Shown piece by piece: positions 11,491-23,370 of a stretch of 64,000 bases of DNA. The stretch lies in assembly GCA_973895155.1 (NCBI GenBank), contig OZ316894.1:5356944-5420943 (forward strand), written 5' to 3'. The stretch's first letter is position 1. Each line of letters begins with the position of its first letter. Made by a program: the position numbers and the translations under genes. The notes under the pieces are model-generated. The model saw only the letters and a list, made by a program, of their open reading frames with translations, was not told the DNA's origin and made no database searches. This DNA comes from Marsupella aquatica. Lineage: Eukaryota; Plantae; Marchantiophyta.

Positions 11491-13481
11491 CAATCTAATG
11501 CAACCACATCCAGATGTTCCGAGTCCTGATTATACGCACATACACTCTGCAAGGAGATAAATCAGTTCAACGGCCACGCACAAATATTTGCATGAACCGA
11601 GAGGAGAGGAGATAATGAAACTAAAGTACACAATGTGGACATCCTAACGGTAGACCCGAAGATAATCATGTGCGACTGGTAAACGAGAGCACATCCGTCG
11701 AGGGAAGCACTTCAGGATCTGAATTTGCATTAGTAACCTCAAATCAGGAGAACTATGACGGTCGCAGCCTTAACCTATCCGACTTCTGGTTTCGGACAAA
11801 GGTACCCTAAACCAGACTATAACCCGTCAATGGATATCTCACGTCAATGGATATCTCGCGTCAAATTCTGTGTAGTTGGTAAGTACTAATTAATGTTCGT
11901 CAATGTGCAACGTAAAAGGAATTGATAACAGTGTCTTCGACACTAAATCTTATTTTTACAATCAAATTCTACAAGGGACTGCCTCGGACCCACATCAATT
12001 CTACTGTCATATCTCATCTGCAAGCAGTGCGAACATGCCGTTAAGCTGATGCTTCGCTCCCCACTATCTCTGGTGTCACCCCGATGAAGTAAGCTGGCCA
12101 TGGAGCAAATCTCACGTCAAAGTCAGCATTCTGCCCAACTTTCACCAGCAATGTAGGACCGTTTACTTCGACTCCTTCTCCACCCTCTTCATTAAAGAAG
12201 TGGCGTTTCAAAATTGGTTGGACGGCTGTAAAAATGTGAGCGGCTGTGAAAATGGTGGTATCATTAATATGTACAATCAGGATCAAGCATAATTTTTACA
12301 TTGTCCGACGCTCATATCTGGAAAGATTTTCCTCTGAAATTATTTAAAATTATGACATTGTGAATCAATCATTTCTGAAAACATGACCAACCATTCTTCG
12401 CATGAAGAGCACGCGATAACTGTCATCGCTGAGCACATTTCTGGGAAGAACCTGAAGGAATTTCAGTACTGCACACTTGTATGTACCATGATTTCACATA
12501 AACACCATTCATGTCCGTCCAATATAGTGAAATTCCTCCATAATAATAAACCAAAATTCCAGAGGTACAGGTTCTATGTCGCATTTGAGGAGATTTCCCC
12601 ATGACACATCCGATAACATTACCGGCGAATGTGAGTTCAGAAAACACAGTACAATCTTGGGTGGGTGTAATCGAGTACCTCCTTCGTGTCCAGCCAGAAA
12701 TTAAGGTGGAGTAACTGCTACTGGTTCATTCTTCAGCATCCCCGTCCTGGTCATTAAAAAGAAGTTATTTCACTCACCACATGCGTTGAAGTGCATATTC
12801 AATCCAGTGAGTGAAATAACTACTTCAAATGCCGCGACTCTGCATCTATGCAAACGTACCACATGTCTTCAAGGTACTTCCCAGAAGCTTATTGCCCATC
12901 TTCCTAAACCCTGCTTCTATAGGGCAATATCAAAGATATCCTGAAACTTCAGTTTGATACAACTGTCACCTTAAGTGTAGTGTGTGTGGAAGAGACTTCT
13001 CAATTGTGTGGGACAATACAATTTCATGGCTACTAAAGAAGTAGACAATGTGAGTTAACTATTTTCAAGCTCGGTGAAGGCACTCAAATGAAAACGTAAT
13101 GGTTTTTGGCCTGAAAGTATTCGCATCTAACCCGACCCTAACCCTCCCGCTGTAGGCAGACACCCCAATTATTCTTACCCCCTGCAGTAACCGAACAAAA
13201 CGAGACCCCACCCACATTATACCAAGGGAATTTAACAGAGATGACTATTAAAGAACGAACACAAATCTGGAAATCTCTGTTAAGGGAGGAAAATTGCATT
13301 TTTACAAGCTGATACAAAATTTGAACATGCCCCACTAAAAAATACGCAAGGCAGCAGGGAACCTATCAAAGCATACTGCCTCCCTTCCTACAGTGAGGAT
13401 CTACTCTAGATCTAAAAAACAACGAACGGGAAAAGTCGGGAGAAACAAGATGTACTAAATAAAACAGCTCCTTCATCCATC

Positions 13482-16400
13482 TCATCTCAATTCCTTCCGA
13501 ATAATGGCCGACTCATACAATGCAATTAACTCTTTCTTGTTTGGGTTCCGCAGCTGCAACAATTCGGCTCCAAACCCAGCTTTTGTTAGCTCTTGCTTGA
13601 GTTTGGAGACAGTAAGCCGTGAGTAATTTTCAGAACTCCCAGATCCCTTGATGTCATTTGATAGCTGTTCCTCTTCAGGCTTTGCAGATGAGTCAGCATC
13701 TCCTCCAGTTTGCATCACACTACTTCCATTTTCTGCGTGCACATTATCTCTCTTCAGTCTCTTGACTGTCCCAATCTCAATGTCCATATCTTGGGCTGAT
13801 GAATCACCTCCAGTTTCTTCTGCTTCAGGACGCGGTCTTTTGCTTCGTGCTGTTCCAGCTGGTTCTGTCTGGTATGTTCGAAGTCGCATGTCCAACGCCG
13901 TCTCGTGATTTCGAACCTCGGTCAGCTCTTGCTGTAGTGAATCCAATCGTGCTTGAACGGTCTGAAGCTGCAAAGAAAGGGACTCTGCTCTTCCATTTGC
14001 ATCAGCTCGGGCCGCTCTCTCGCTAGCAACAAGACTTTCCAACACTTCCACTGTGTTTGCTCTTTGCTCATGAGAAGACTTCAATAGATGTTCCATTTCT
14101 TGCTCCCGTTCGTCCAGTCTTCGTTCCAATGCAGACGCCCTGGTAGACGATTCGAGTTCTTGGGACTTTACCAGGTCGAGCTCTTGGACCAACTCTATCT
14201 TCTCCCTTTCTAGCTTTTCAGCACGACGCTCAGCTCTTTCGACTGCAGCCAATCTTTCTACTGCTAGAGTATTGGTCTCCAGTTTTTCTCTCTCGGTTAG
14301 AGTAGCCTCTTCCCTGGCCTTCTCAGCCAAGTCACTTGCTCGCTTCGCTTCCCTTTCATACGTACCACATTTCTCTTCTGCTTCTTCCAGCCGCCTATGT
14401 AGAGTGCGCAGTCGTTCGTCACTGAATGATTTCTCCTGGCGTAAACTCTCCAAATCTTTCTCTAGTGTTGAGGACGACGACTTTGCTGTATCATACGCAG
14501 ATTGCAAATGCCGCACCTCTGCTCTCAATACTGTAATCTCTTCAGTTTGGGTGCTCACTTTAGCTTCATGATCCTGCAGTAAGGAAGTCAAAGCTCAACG
14601 TAAGATCTAACCAGAACACCACCTTAGGAACCCTCCATTGATTTGAGAAGTACAGACCTTGCTTAAAACCTTATCAGTGAGATGCCAAATCCCCAGTGCG
14701 GATGACTTTGCCACAATAAAACATACCCAAATAAATAGCAGTGCCTCCGTATTGAGGTCACTGCTTAACACGTGAACTATTCAATCATAAGAATGAAACG
14801 AGAAGTCTACACAAACGTCTGCATCAATATACCTTCAGACGAGAATTTAAGGCAACCAGACGCCGTTCAGCGTGCTCTAGCTTTGCGTGGAGATCCTTGA
14901 CCTCATTCTCCTGGAACGAGGACCACTCATAGTCAGCAATTTAACACACGCACTTCCGATCCCAAGCAGAGTCACTGGCAAAACTCCTAGCAGTGGAAGT
15001 AGTCATAAAGAAGCCAATCGAATGAACAGCCTTGTGATGATCGAAACAAAATACACTGACCACACAAGGGTCGGCTCTTCCACCCACCTTAGTATCCAAA
15101 TTAGGGACATCAATGGACACTTCATACGTAAGTCAAACACTGTAAATTTACATCTTGGAATGATGGCAAAACGGTGACTAGTGTACCTTATCTGCGTTAC
15201 TTGAAGCGAACTCTGCTCTTAAAGCGTCTTCTCGCAGCTGGTGTTGTTTGTTTGCACGCTCCCGCAGTGCATTAGCTCGCTCAACTGTAGCTCGAGAGTC
15301 CGCAAGGACTGAGTCATGCTTACGCCTCCATTCAGCTGCCTCCTCTTTCGCAGAATCCGCTTGCTCCCGCGCTGCAGCAAGCCTTGCTTCAGCTGAAGTG
15401 CACCGACTTTGAAGGGATGCATGCTCAGAACTCAACCTCTCATCATCCGATTTTCTTTCAGTGAGAAGGTGATCATATTTGCTACGCCAATCACTGATTT
15501 CCTTTCTTGCTTCTTCTAGCTGATGTGATAGGCTTGTGCGCCTCTCCTCTAAAGTACTGTACTTGTTCTGCAATGCGGCATATTGAGCTGACGACTTCTC
15601 AGATGACGTTTTGTGAGTCTCCATATAATGCTCATATCGTTTTTTCCACTCTTGAGCATCCTTTTGAGCTGCCTCGGCCTGTTTCTCAATAAAAGTTATT
15701 CTCTCAGCTGTAGACCGGTATTTCAGTTCCAAGGTTGCGTAATCCCCCACTGCCTTGTCATTTACGCGCTTGACAAGATCTTGAAGAGGGCCATTGAGAC
15801 TGCGACGAGTAAAAATCAATCCAACCGGTAATTAGTAAATTACTCCGACATGACACCTACAAAATGTGAAAGAACACCCAAGAGGGAAGCAGCACAAGTC
15901 ACAATACTGGTACTAGCAGATAAACGAAAGATCGATGTGAAATCCTATAAACCACCACACAGGGCAGGCACAGGGCAGGCCACCCCACGTCTTCCTCCCA
16001 CCTCTTTTGCAGTAACTTTACAAGTTTCTGCCATTTTGCGGTCCCAAATGCTGACTGCTCATACTCAGCAATCAGGGAGTCGAATACCTGCAAGAGAAAG
16101 CACATCCACTAGTTTCATTCCAGTTGCAGCAGTGGATTGACAGAAGACAGAGTAACGAATCTTGCATGTTGTTGTCAATGCATTCTTTTAGAAGGGCTCT
16201 ACTGGAGCTTACAATACAAAGAAAAAGTGAGTCACTCGAGATATACACTGTCCACACAAGATCTCACACTCATGAACAGTGCTACGTTTATAAAAGTAGC
16301 CCGGCAAGCTGGCAGCAATAGCAGTACACGCAGCTGCTTCTACAGTTACGTACAAGCCAACAACATCCCTTGCTACTATAATAGTTGAAAGGAAATCAAG

Positions 16401-19400
16401 TACACACCTTCACGGCCTGATTATACGTAGCCCCTGGAGCATGGCAAGCTAATCTAATCCTCTCTTCCATCGAACCCAGTGCTCTTAGTATTTGAAGTTC
16501 AGCTTCCATTGAAGCCCTCTTCTTGTATTCCTGATGAAACCAGGGCAATTACTCCTGGTCAGTCGCAATCGCTACAACCCCTTTACAACCAATCAAGTTC
16601 TATTAAATCTAAGCAAATGATATCGACGTACTCATAGAGGACTTCAATCTCACAAACGCCTCGAATTTTGACAATACTGCCTTCGGATTGAAACGAAAAC
16701 AAAACGTAACAAATGTGTCTCTTACGAACTGTGGCATGCCTTCATATCTAGAATGCAATCTTACTATTGTTAAGTAGCAATTGCTGGATGTTTTCCTATT
16801 CATCGCTCACCTCAAACTGCTTCTTCAATGTTGACATCAACTGTCTTTCATACTTAAGGCGAGGAGCTCCCGTCCCCACCGCCTCGTGATTATAGGTCGC
16901 CAGGGCTCCTTGAACACCAACCTCATGTGCATCTTGCAAAGCAGCCTGGAAAGTACAATTTCCAGACAGATCAAGAGACTGCAACTTTAACGACATTGTC
17001 TCAAAAAGACTTCAGAAATCAGGAAGGATTCAAGATCCACTCTCGAAGGCACTGACCTCTTCAGGAGCGGTAGTTTTGTCAAACATCCTCAGATAGGTTT
17101 CTACTGCCAAGTCATGAGCACGCCTGCATTCATTTTCCTCCACATTCTGCCATGACGGTGCAGACAACATAACTGTCCTTGTTATCCATCAACAATCAGC
17201 CGATCTAAACAGGATTGACCACTTAGAGTAATACAAAATATCGCGTCCTGTAAAAAAGGAAAGTCAGACGGCAAAACTCTCTTTGAGACCAGTGGAACGG
17301 ATTATACAAAGTCAGGAAATACAGGCAGTCTGGGAGCCGAAGCCTTGAGGCCACTAATACTAACCTGCCAAGACGTAGCAATAGTTGGTACAGCCCCATT
17401 ATTCAAAGCATCAAGGAAGGACTGTGTGAGGCCTGCTAACATTGGTCCGTTCATGATGGTCGACCCAAGTTGCTTTGGTCGTGTCCTCTCAAGAATATAT
17501 TTTGTCAAATGATCCAAGCCCGAGCGGAACTCTGGGCGCATTCTCTCCATCTGCATTACATGAACAACAGAGTAATATTACAACTTCAGTGGAAACTAAA
17601 GGCCAAATAAATTTTCGTCTGGAAATGAACAACATGAGAATCATACACACGACTGAACCTAATCCACATTCGAGTCTGCAATCACTCCGTGTTCACTCAA
17701 TGGTATGCATCTGTGCAGCACAACACCATGTCGTGCGGATACAGCAAAGATCCTTCAGGATATAAATTTAAACAATTTGATTGAAGAAAAGCGCCATCGA
17801 CTTACCGGAATAGAATCAAGCCGTTGCAGATCACGTTCATCATTCAAAGGACGTACTAGAGTACAGCAGTCACGGTCCGGAAATAATGCACGGATAGACT
17901 CTCGAATCTGCAACAGAGAACAAATTTAGCGATTCTGGTTTGACCTTAATGCGCAAAGTGGGTCTTCAATCTGCAAGAATGGGCCACACTCTTTACATTT
18001 CGCAGGGACATAATTTAAAGGTCCAAAATATGAATTCTCTTGTCGTCTCTTGAATCCACAGCTGGAAAACATTGAGAGATGCGTTAAGATACCTCATTTT
18101 TGGCGGCGATGGCTTTGCCTGCCCCTGAGACGGGCTGCAGTGCAGACTCCAAATAGTCACGGGGAGTAATTCGCCTTCCCTGATCCTGCAGATCCAAATA
18201 GAAATCCTGTACAAAAGACACACAACACCCTTATTGACGAGGTCATTTCCACAGATCCAGCACCCACCTGAAGAAAACAACCAATGACTTCAAGGAAACC
18301 ATCAAATTGAAATGGTAACAGCGTTTAAACCCTTCTAATGGGACCTTTCGATGTAAAGACCAACCGCGACGCGGGATATACACAATTCAGACACTCGAGC
18401 ATTTCCAATGCTGACATTTCCAACAGAAATGCTAACATCATGATACTCTCCGCTATCCATCCACTCTGATTTCGTATGCAATAATCAAAAGAGTGCTCTC
18501 AGGGATTGCTGACACACCCTGAGTAACCACAAAAACAGAGGAGCAAATTGGCCCAGTTCCGCTGCACTCGTTTCACCAGCTGACGCTCTCACTCGGATGT
18601 GCTTAGTCATTTCTGTAACAAGTGACAACCTGTCCAAAGCTGCCTCATCGATCCCTCCCATCTGATAGGAGATATTGTAAAAACGTCAATTCAATATTGT
18701 TGACCACGAAACACTGGCCCACTGAGACGCATTAGATGTTTAGTCATAATGTCATTGCACCACTCCAACCAAACAGATAACCACATTGAGAACGGGGATA
18801 CTGAAACAACAAACTTAACCCAACCTGATTGTAAACAAACATGCTTGACAGCAGGACTGCCAAGGAGAAGATTTGAGTGCTGTATGTGCCCTGCAAAAAA
18901 CAGGATACTGGTCATTCAGTCACCAGGAAGACTTCACTGTCGAAATCAGAAGTATGTGACACATTCTAAAGTACCACATTCTGAAACAGCAGGAAGGGAG
19001 AATCTCTAGAAATGATAAGGATTAAATTTCATCGTTTCGTATACCTCCACTAGCATCAAGCGGTCTGATCTTAAGCATGTAAGTGAACGGCCAAGTGCAA
19101 GGAGCTTACCGTCTGATCGTAGGCATCAATTCCCTCACTGTCGAGAAGCAAGAGACTATACTCGCTTCCATCAGGAGCCGTTCTTTTCAGAGGGCTGCTC
19201 CACATCCACAGACCCTTCGTACAAGGCCTGTGCGTTGGAGCCACCTGAAAGCCGCTGCTTCGTCCTAGAAGCTGCAACTCGTCCCCCAAAACACTACAAT
19301 GTAAGGTCCTTCAACTTACAAACCAGGTAAAATATTCCATAAGTCATCCGAATCGTTGCCACGAACTAAAATTGTAGACGCAGGAGAGACACGTCAAGGT

Positions 19401-20091
19401 GATTGCAGCACCGCAATCGTCCTCGAGCAGCCTAAGCACAAACTTAGTTCACTTCCTTGCAAAGATGTCAGGAGGGATAATGGAAGAGAGGACTTAAAAA
19501 ATGAAGCCCAGAAACCCCTAACGAAAGAAAGTGCTTGCGGCCGCCATATGATGGACAACTTCAGAGATCAAGAGAAAAATAATAATACCGCCAATGCAGC
19601 AAAGCCAGTTTACGACGGGTTATGGAGGGAGGTATGCGGGAGGTGCATGACCTAGGGGAAACGGAGACAAAATATAATCGACATCATTACACAATGTGCA
19701 GTACAATTTCCACCTTTATTCCTTATTCTGAGTGGGGACACGGCTAGACAAGCCTGGACCTATCCGGGCAAACGACGATGACACCAACCTGATTCAAAAT
19801 GAAGCTTTTCCCCTGGCGTGCTCGGCCACAGACGGAAACAACGCCCAAGGGCCCCTTCACTAACTGCAGCGCAGCGACAGCCTCCGCATCCATTCTGAAT
19901 TGGCCCCTTTCATCGCAGTATACGAGCCGCAAGGCTCGAGCCTTGCTGTTAATGGTGACAGATCTCGATACATTGCTCTGTCCTGTGCTGATAACGGTTG
20001 TACTCACACAGCCCGTGACCTCCGACGTCGACTCGTCGACCTTGGGCTTCACCTGTGGACTTCCCCTCTGGAACCCCAGCATCTGCATCAT
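13482..20091 (-). CDS. GBPL3: Guanylate-binding protein-like GTPase, GBPL3 type (~1097 aa, 14 exons)
   Basis: Exons (minus strand): 20091-19789, 19271-19110, 18890-18825, 18661-18518, 18206-18093, 17907-17806, 17550-17365, 17146-17057, 16945-16811, 16530-16408, 16087-16002, 15799-15187, 14910-14833, 14573-13482. All introns are GT-AG and the total is 3294 nt in frame. Motifs: P-loop GRARQGKS, CTKGLW, LLDSEG, WLLRDF, a long coiled coil, and C-terminal LTVSKLKQELTK..FG.ELL.L.NP.KKELIALYE. Confidence 0.93.
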
Positions 20092-21332
20092 CTTTACCAA
20101 TCCTGGTTTATCTTAAAGCAGCAGCTGGCCAACAATACTCTCGCAATGTGACAGACAAGGACGCCAGCGAATATGGCAAAGATTCCTCGATCCGAGCAGA
20201 CGCCGATCAAGCAGTGCTCTCGAACTCCAAGAAGTGCTCGACACCCCGACGAAAAATCAAAACGCAGCCGATGTGGTCCCAGAGCACTCATGCAGAACCA
20301 AGCCTGGCTGACGATTTGGCCTCGAGCGTGCGAAGGGAGCGTATTTTCGGGTCAAGATGCCGCCTGATCAATAGGAGAGGCCGATTGAATCTGTTTGAAA
20401 TCCTAATCGTCACCGAAATGCCGTCCTAAGGCAACTATTCGATCCCCGCTTCCAAGCTCTAAAATCTAGGTCAGGAGGAAACGGCTCCATTGTGCTCTAC
20501 CACAACTCCCCAAGCGTACCAGGCCTCATCCCGAACAAGAACCAAATACTCAATCCTCGCAGCCTGCATGGCTTACCAATCAACAGAACCCAAGGTTGTC
20601 AATCACTGAACAAGCCCCGAAGCCGTGAGAGAAGACCACACCACTTGAGCGGGAAGCCTTACGAAGACGACCAAAGCAATCCCAGTTCTGTAACACAGTA
20701 ACAACCTGTAAGGTTAGAGTCCATTCCTCAAAGCAAGAAGTGTGCTAATAATGGATCACTGCATCTCGCCACGTTCTCATCATTGACCAACACCGGCAAG
20801 GACGTGCGAGAAACCACACTGCGAGAGGCATGAAGTCGATTATAACGACGAAAAGCAATGCAAGTTCTGTAAGCCGGTACGAAGGTGTAACAACACAGCC
20901 AAATGTTCCGAAAAGTAAGGAGAGTGCTTGCTGTCGATCACTACTGGACAGGCTTCGTCGTGGGACCAGAATTTTCTCGGTTTGCGGGTTGCGACACCGT
21001 TCAGAATACGTGGAGACATCTAGCGAGGACAGCACCTTACCGAGTCTTGCAGGAATGACAACACATCAAGCAGCCACCCTACCGAAGCGCCATAAGTTGT
21101 AGCTCTCGACAATTCATCATTAGCCTACACCAGTTCGACTCTTTAGGGCCAGAATGACTCAGCGAACCAAAAGCGAGAGACAGCGCGCGAGATTACCGGC
21201 GTCTTGTAGAATGACAACACAGCAAACAGAGCTTTGATCCGTTCACGCGACTAAACCCCCATAGCTCAGAGCTCTCAACATTACAGTACACTCCTCGACG
21301 TCAATTCTCCTATGTCAGCTCCGATTGAATTC

Positions 21333-21910
21333 CAAAGAGAGCGAAACCAAAAAAGAGTAAGAGTAAGAGTAAGAGCAGGAGCTTGACAGGTACTTTACAC
21401 GGTGCTTACACTGTACTCTTGCGCTCCCAGAAATCGCCGTACAGTTGTGTAAATCAACAACAGTGTCACTGGTGTAATCCACAGGAGTGTAACCGGGAAT
21501 GCAGATCCTTGGCGTCTCGTTGAAACCCAAAGAGAGAGAACCAGAAAAGAGGGTGAGCAAGTGTAAGAGCACGATCTTGACATGCCATTTACACGCGCTT
21601 ACAGTGTACTCTTGCGCTCCCAGAAATCGCCGTGGCGATGTGTAGAATACAGTTGTGTAATCCACAATAGTGTAACTGGTGTAATCCATAGGACTGTAAC
21701 CAGTAATGTAGATCCTTGGCGTCCCATTTGAACCCAAAGAGAGTGAGTAAGAGTAAGAGCAAGCGCTTGACATGCACTTTACACAGCGCTTACACTCTAC
21801 ACTTGCGCTCCCAGAAATCGCCGGTGCGCTGTTGTAGCGTACACTTGTGTAATCCACAACTGTGTAACTGGTGTAATCTAAAACAGTGTAACCAGTCATG
21901 CGGAACCTTG
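21333..21910. repeat. Three diverged tandem units of ~190-205 bp with internal GTGTAATCCA-type subrepeats
   Basis: CCAAAGAGAG, CTTGCGCTCCCAGAAATCGCCG and CTGGTGTAATC each recur three times (units start at ~21332, 21527 and 21734). Confidence 0.9.
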
Positions 21911-22579
21911 GCCGGCACGTTTACAGTGTCTATTAGGGCATGTTAAACCTGGGATTGGTCAGAAATATCACGGGTACGAATGAGGACCCTTTCAGAAGAT
22001 CGAACACGGTGAAAACAACAACCGTTGATCAATGAGCTTGTGGGCTTCAAAGTTTACTCCAATGGGATCGGAATCAAGCCAAAATTGGCCTGTGAAAAAG
22101 CTTATGAAATACTCTTTCCACCTACAGCACACTGTCCACTATAAATAATGAGAGTATATAATGAGCGTGACACCAAAATTAACAGTGACTCACAATAAAT
22201 TTGTAGCAGTTTATTCTACCCCGAATCACACTAATTAAGTAGGTTAAGTCACATGATTTACTTTGTATAGAGAGTTGGCTTGAGTCTCACTTTTATGTCT
22301 CAATTCTCAGTGTGCAATATTTGAGGCCAACACCTCATCTCGTGAACTCTAATTAGTATGACACCTGACATAATGTCACTAACACTATTTTATGTGAGAC
22401 GTAGGTTACACAATTAGTGTGAGTAGCACTAATTGCACTGGATAGTGTAGCTAGTGTGAACCTTCTGATGTTGAAGTGTTCACTGAGAAATATCACTCTA
22501 AAACCAATAAAGGGACATAGCTTTTTACTAACCATGCATTCTACTCTGCTATCCATCAACACACATTTGGTGGGGTGTC

Positions 22580-23370
22580 AGGGCCCTAGAATTATGGTCT
22601 ACAGGCTTCACTATTGAAGCCTAGACCCCAACTCTAGCTTCTTCTTGCAAACTAATACGAAGATGCTCATCCGGATAATTCCCTTTGTAATTTCAGTGCA
22701 TTGATGAATTAGGATCATGCTAGAACCCCTTGGTTATGTAAGTTTGATGTTAGTCAACAAGTTGGAGCCATGAAGACTTGCATGTTGGAATATGAAGATG
22801 AGAGGACAAAAGTAAGAGAGTATTCATGGTAACAGGCCAAACATTACCTAGCTTGCTACTCTTATGTCCATACAGCCCATGTAACATTCCATAGAGTACA
22901 TGCAAAATGTTGTAGTATCCAAAGTCTTCCATTTTCTTGGTATTCTCATAGTAACCAAAAGGTTTCTTACATTCCCTTGTTATTCCTCTGGCCATAGTAG
23001 CTGAATGGTTTCTTATATTAGTATAGAAGCTGAAGGGTTTCTTTCTACTCATGGGTATTTCAAAAATTTGCCAATTAAATAGAAATTTCAAACAATTTAC
23101 TGGAAAACACTGATATATCCATCACAAGTCATCCAAAGTTTATTTTTGTGTTACCCTTGTTTTATCTCTTTCTTTATTTATCTGAAGTGTTATTTTTCAG
23201 TTTTCCATTGTTTTTAGAGTTAAGGGGTCCAATTGTTTTTCTTTGCCTTGCCTCAAACACAAATAGTCACGTTTGGCTCTTCTTGTATAATTGATCATTC
23301 TTGTTTGGACCAATAGTGCTTATGTGGCTGCACGAGTTTCCAGGGATTTTGGATCCCATGGGGTTCCATA
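22580..23370. mobile_element. Dispersed repeat or non-autonomous DNA-transposon relic, copy 1
   Basis: It shares blocks with 35920-36945 (GGAGCCATGAAGA.TTGCAT.TTGGAATA; AATTAAATAGAAATT; TTATTTTTCAGTTTTCCATTGTTTT). Its left end (22585-22640) is an imperfect reverse complement of 36887-36940. Confidence 0.6.

Noticed and set aside
10989-11552. 187-aa minus-strand ORF
   Set aside because: It has no domain and lies antisense to the snoRNA cluster.
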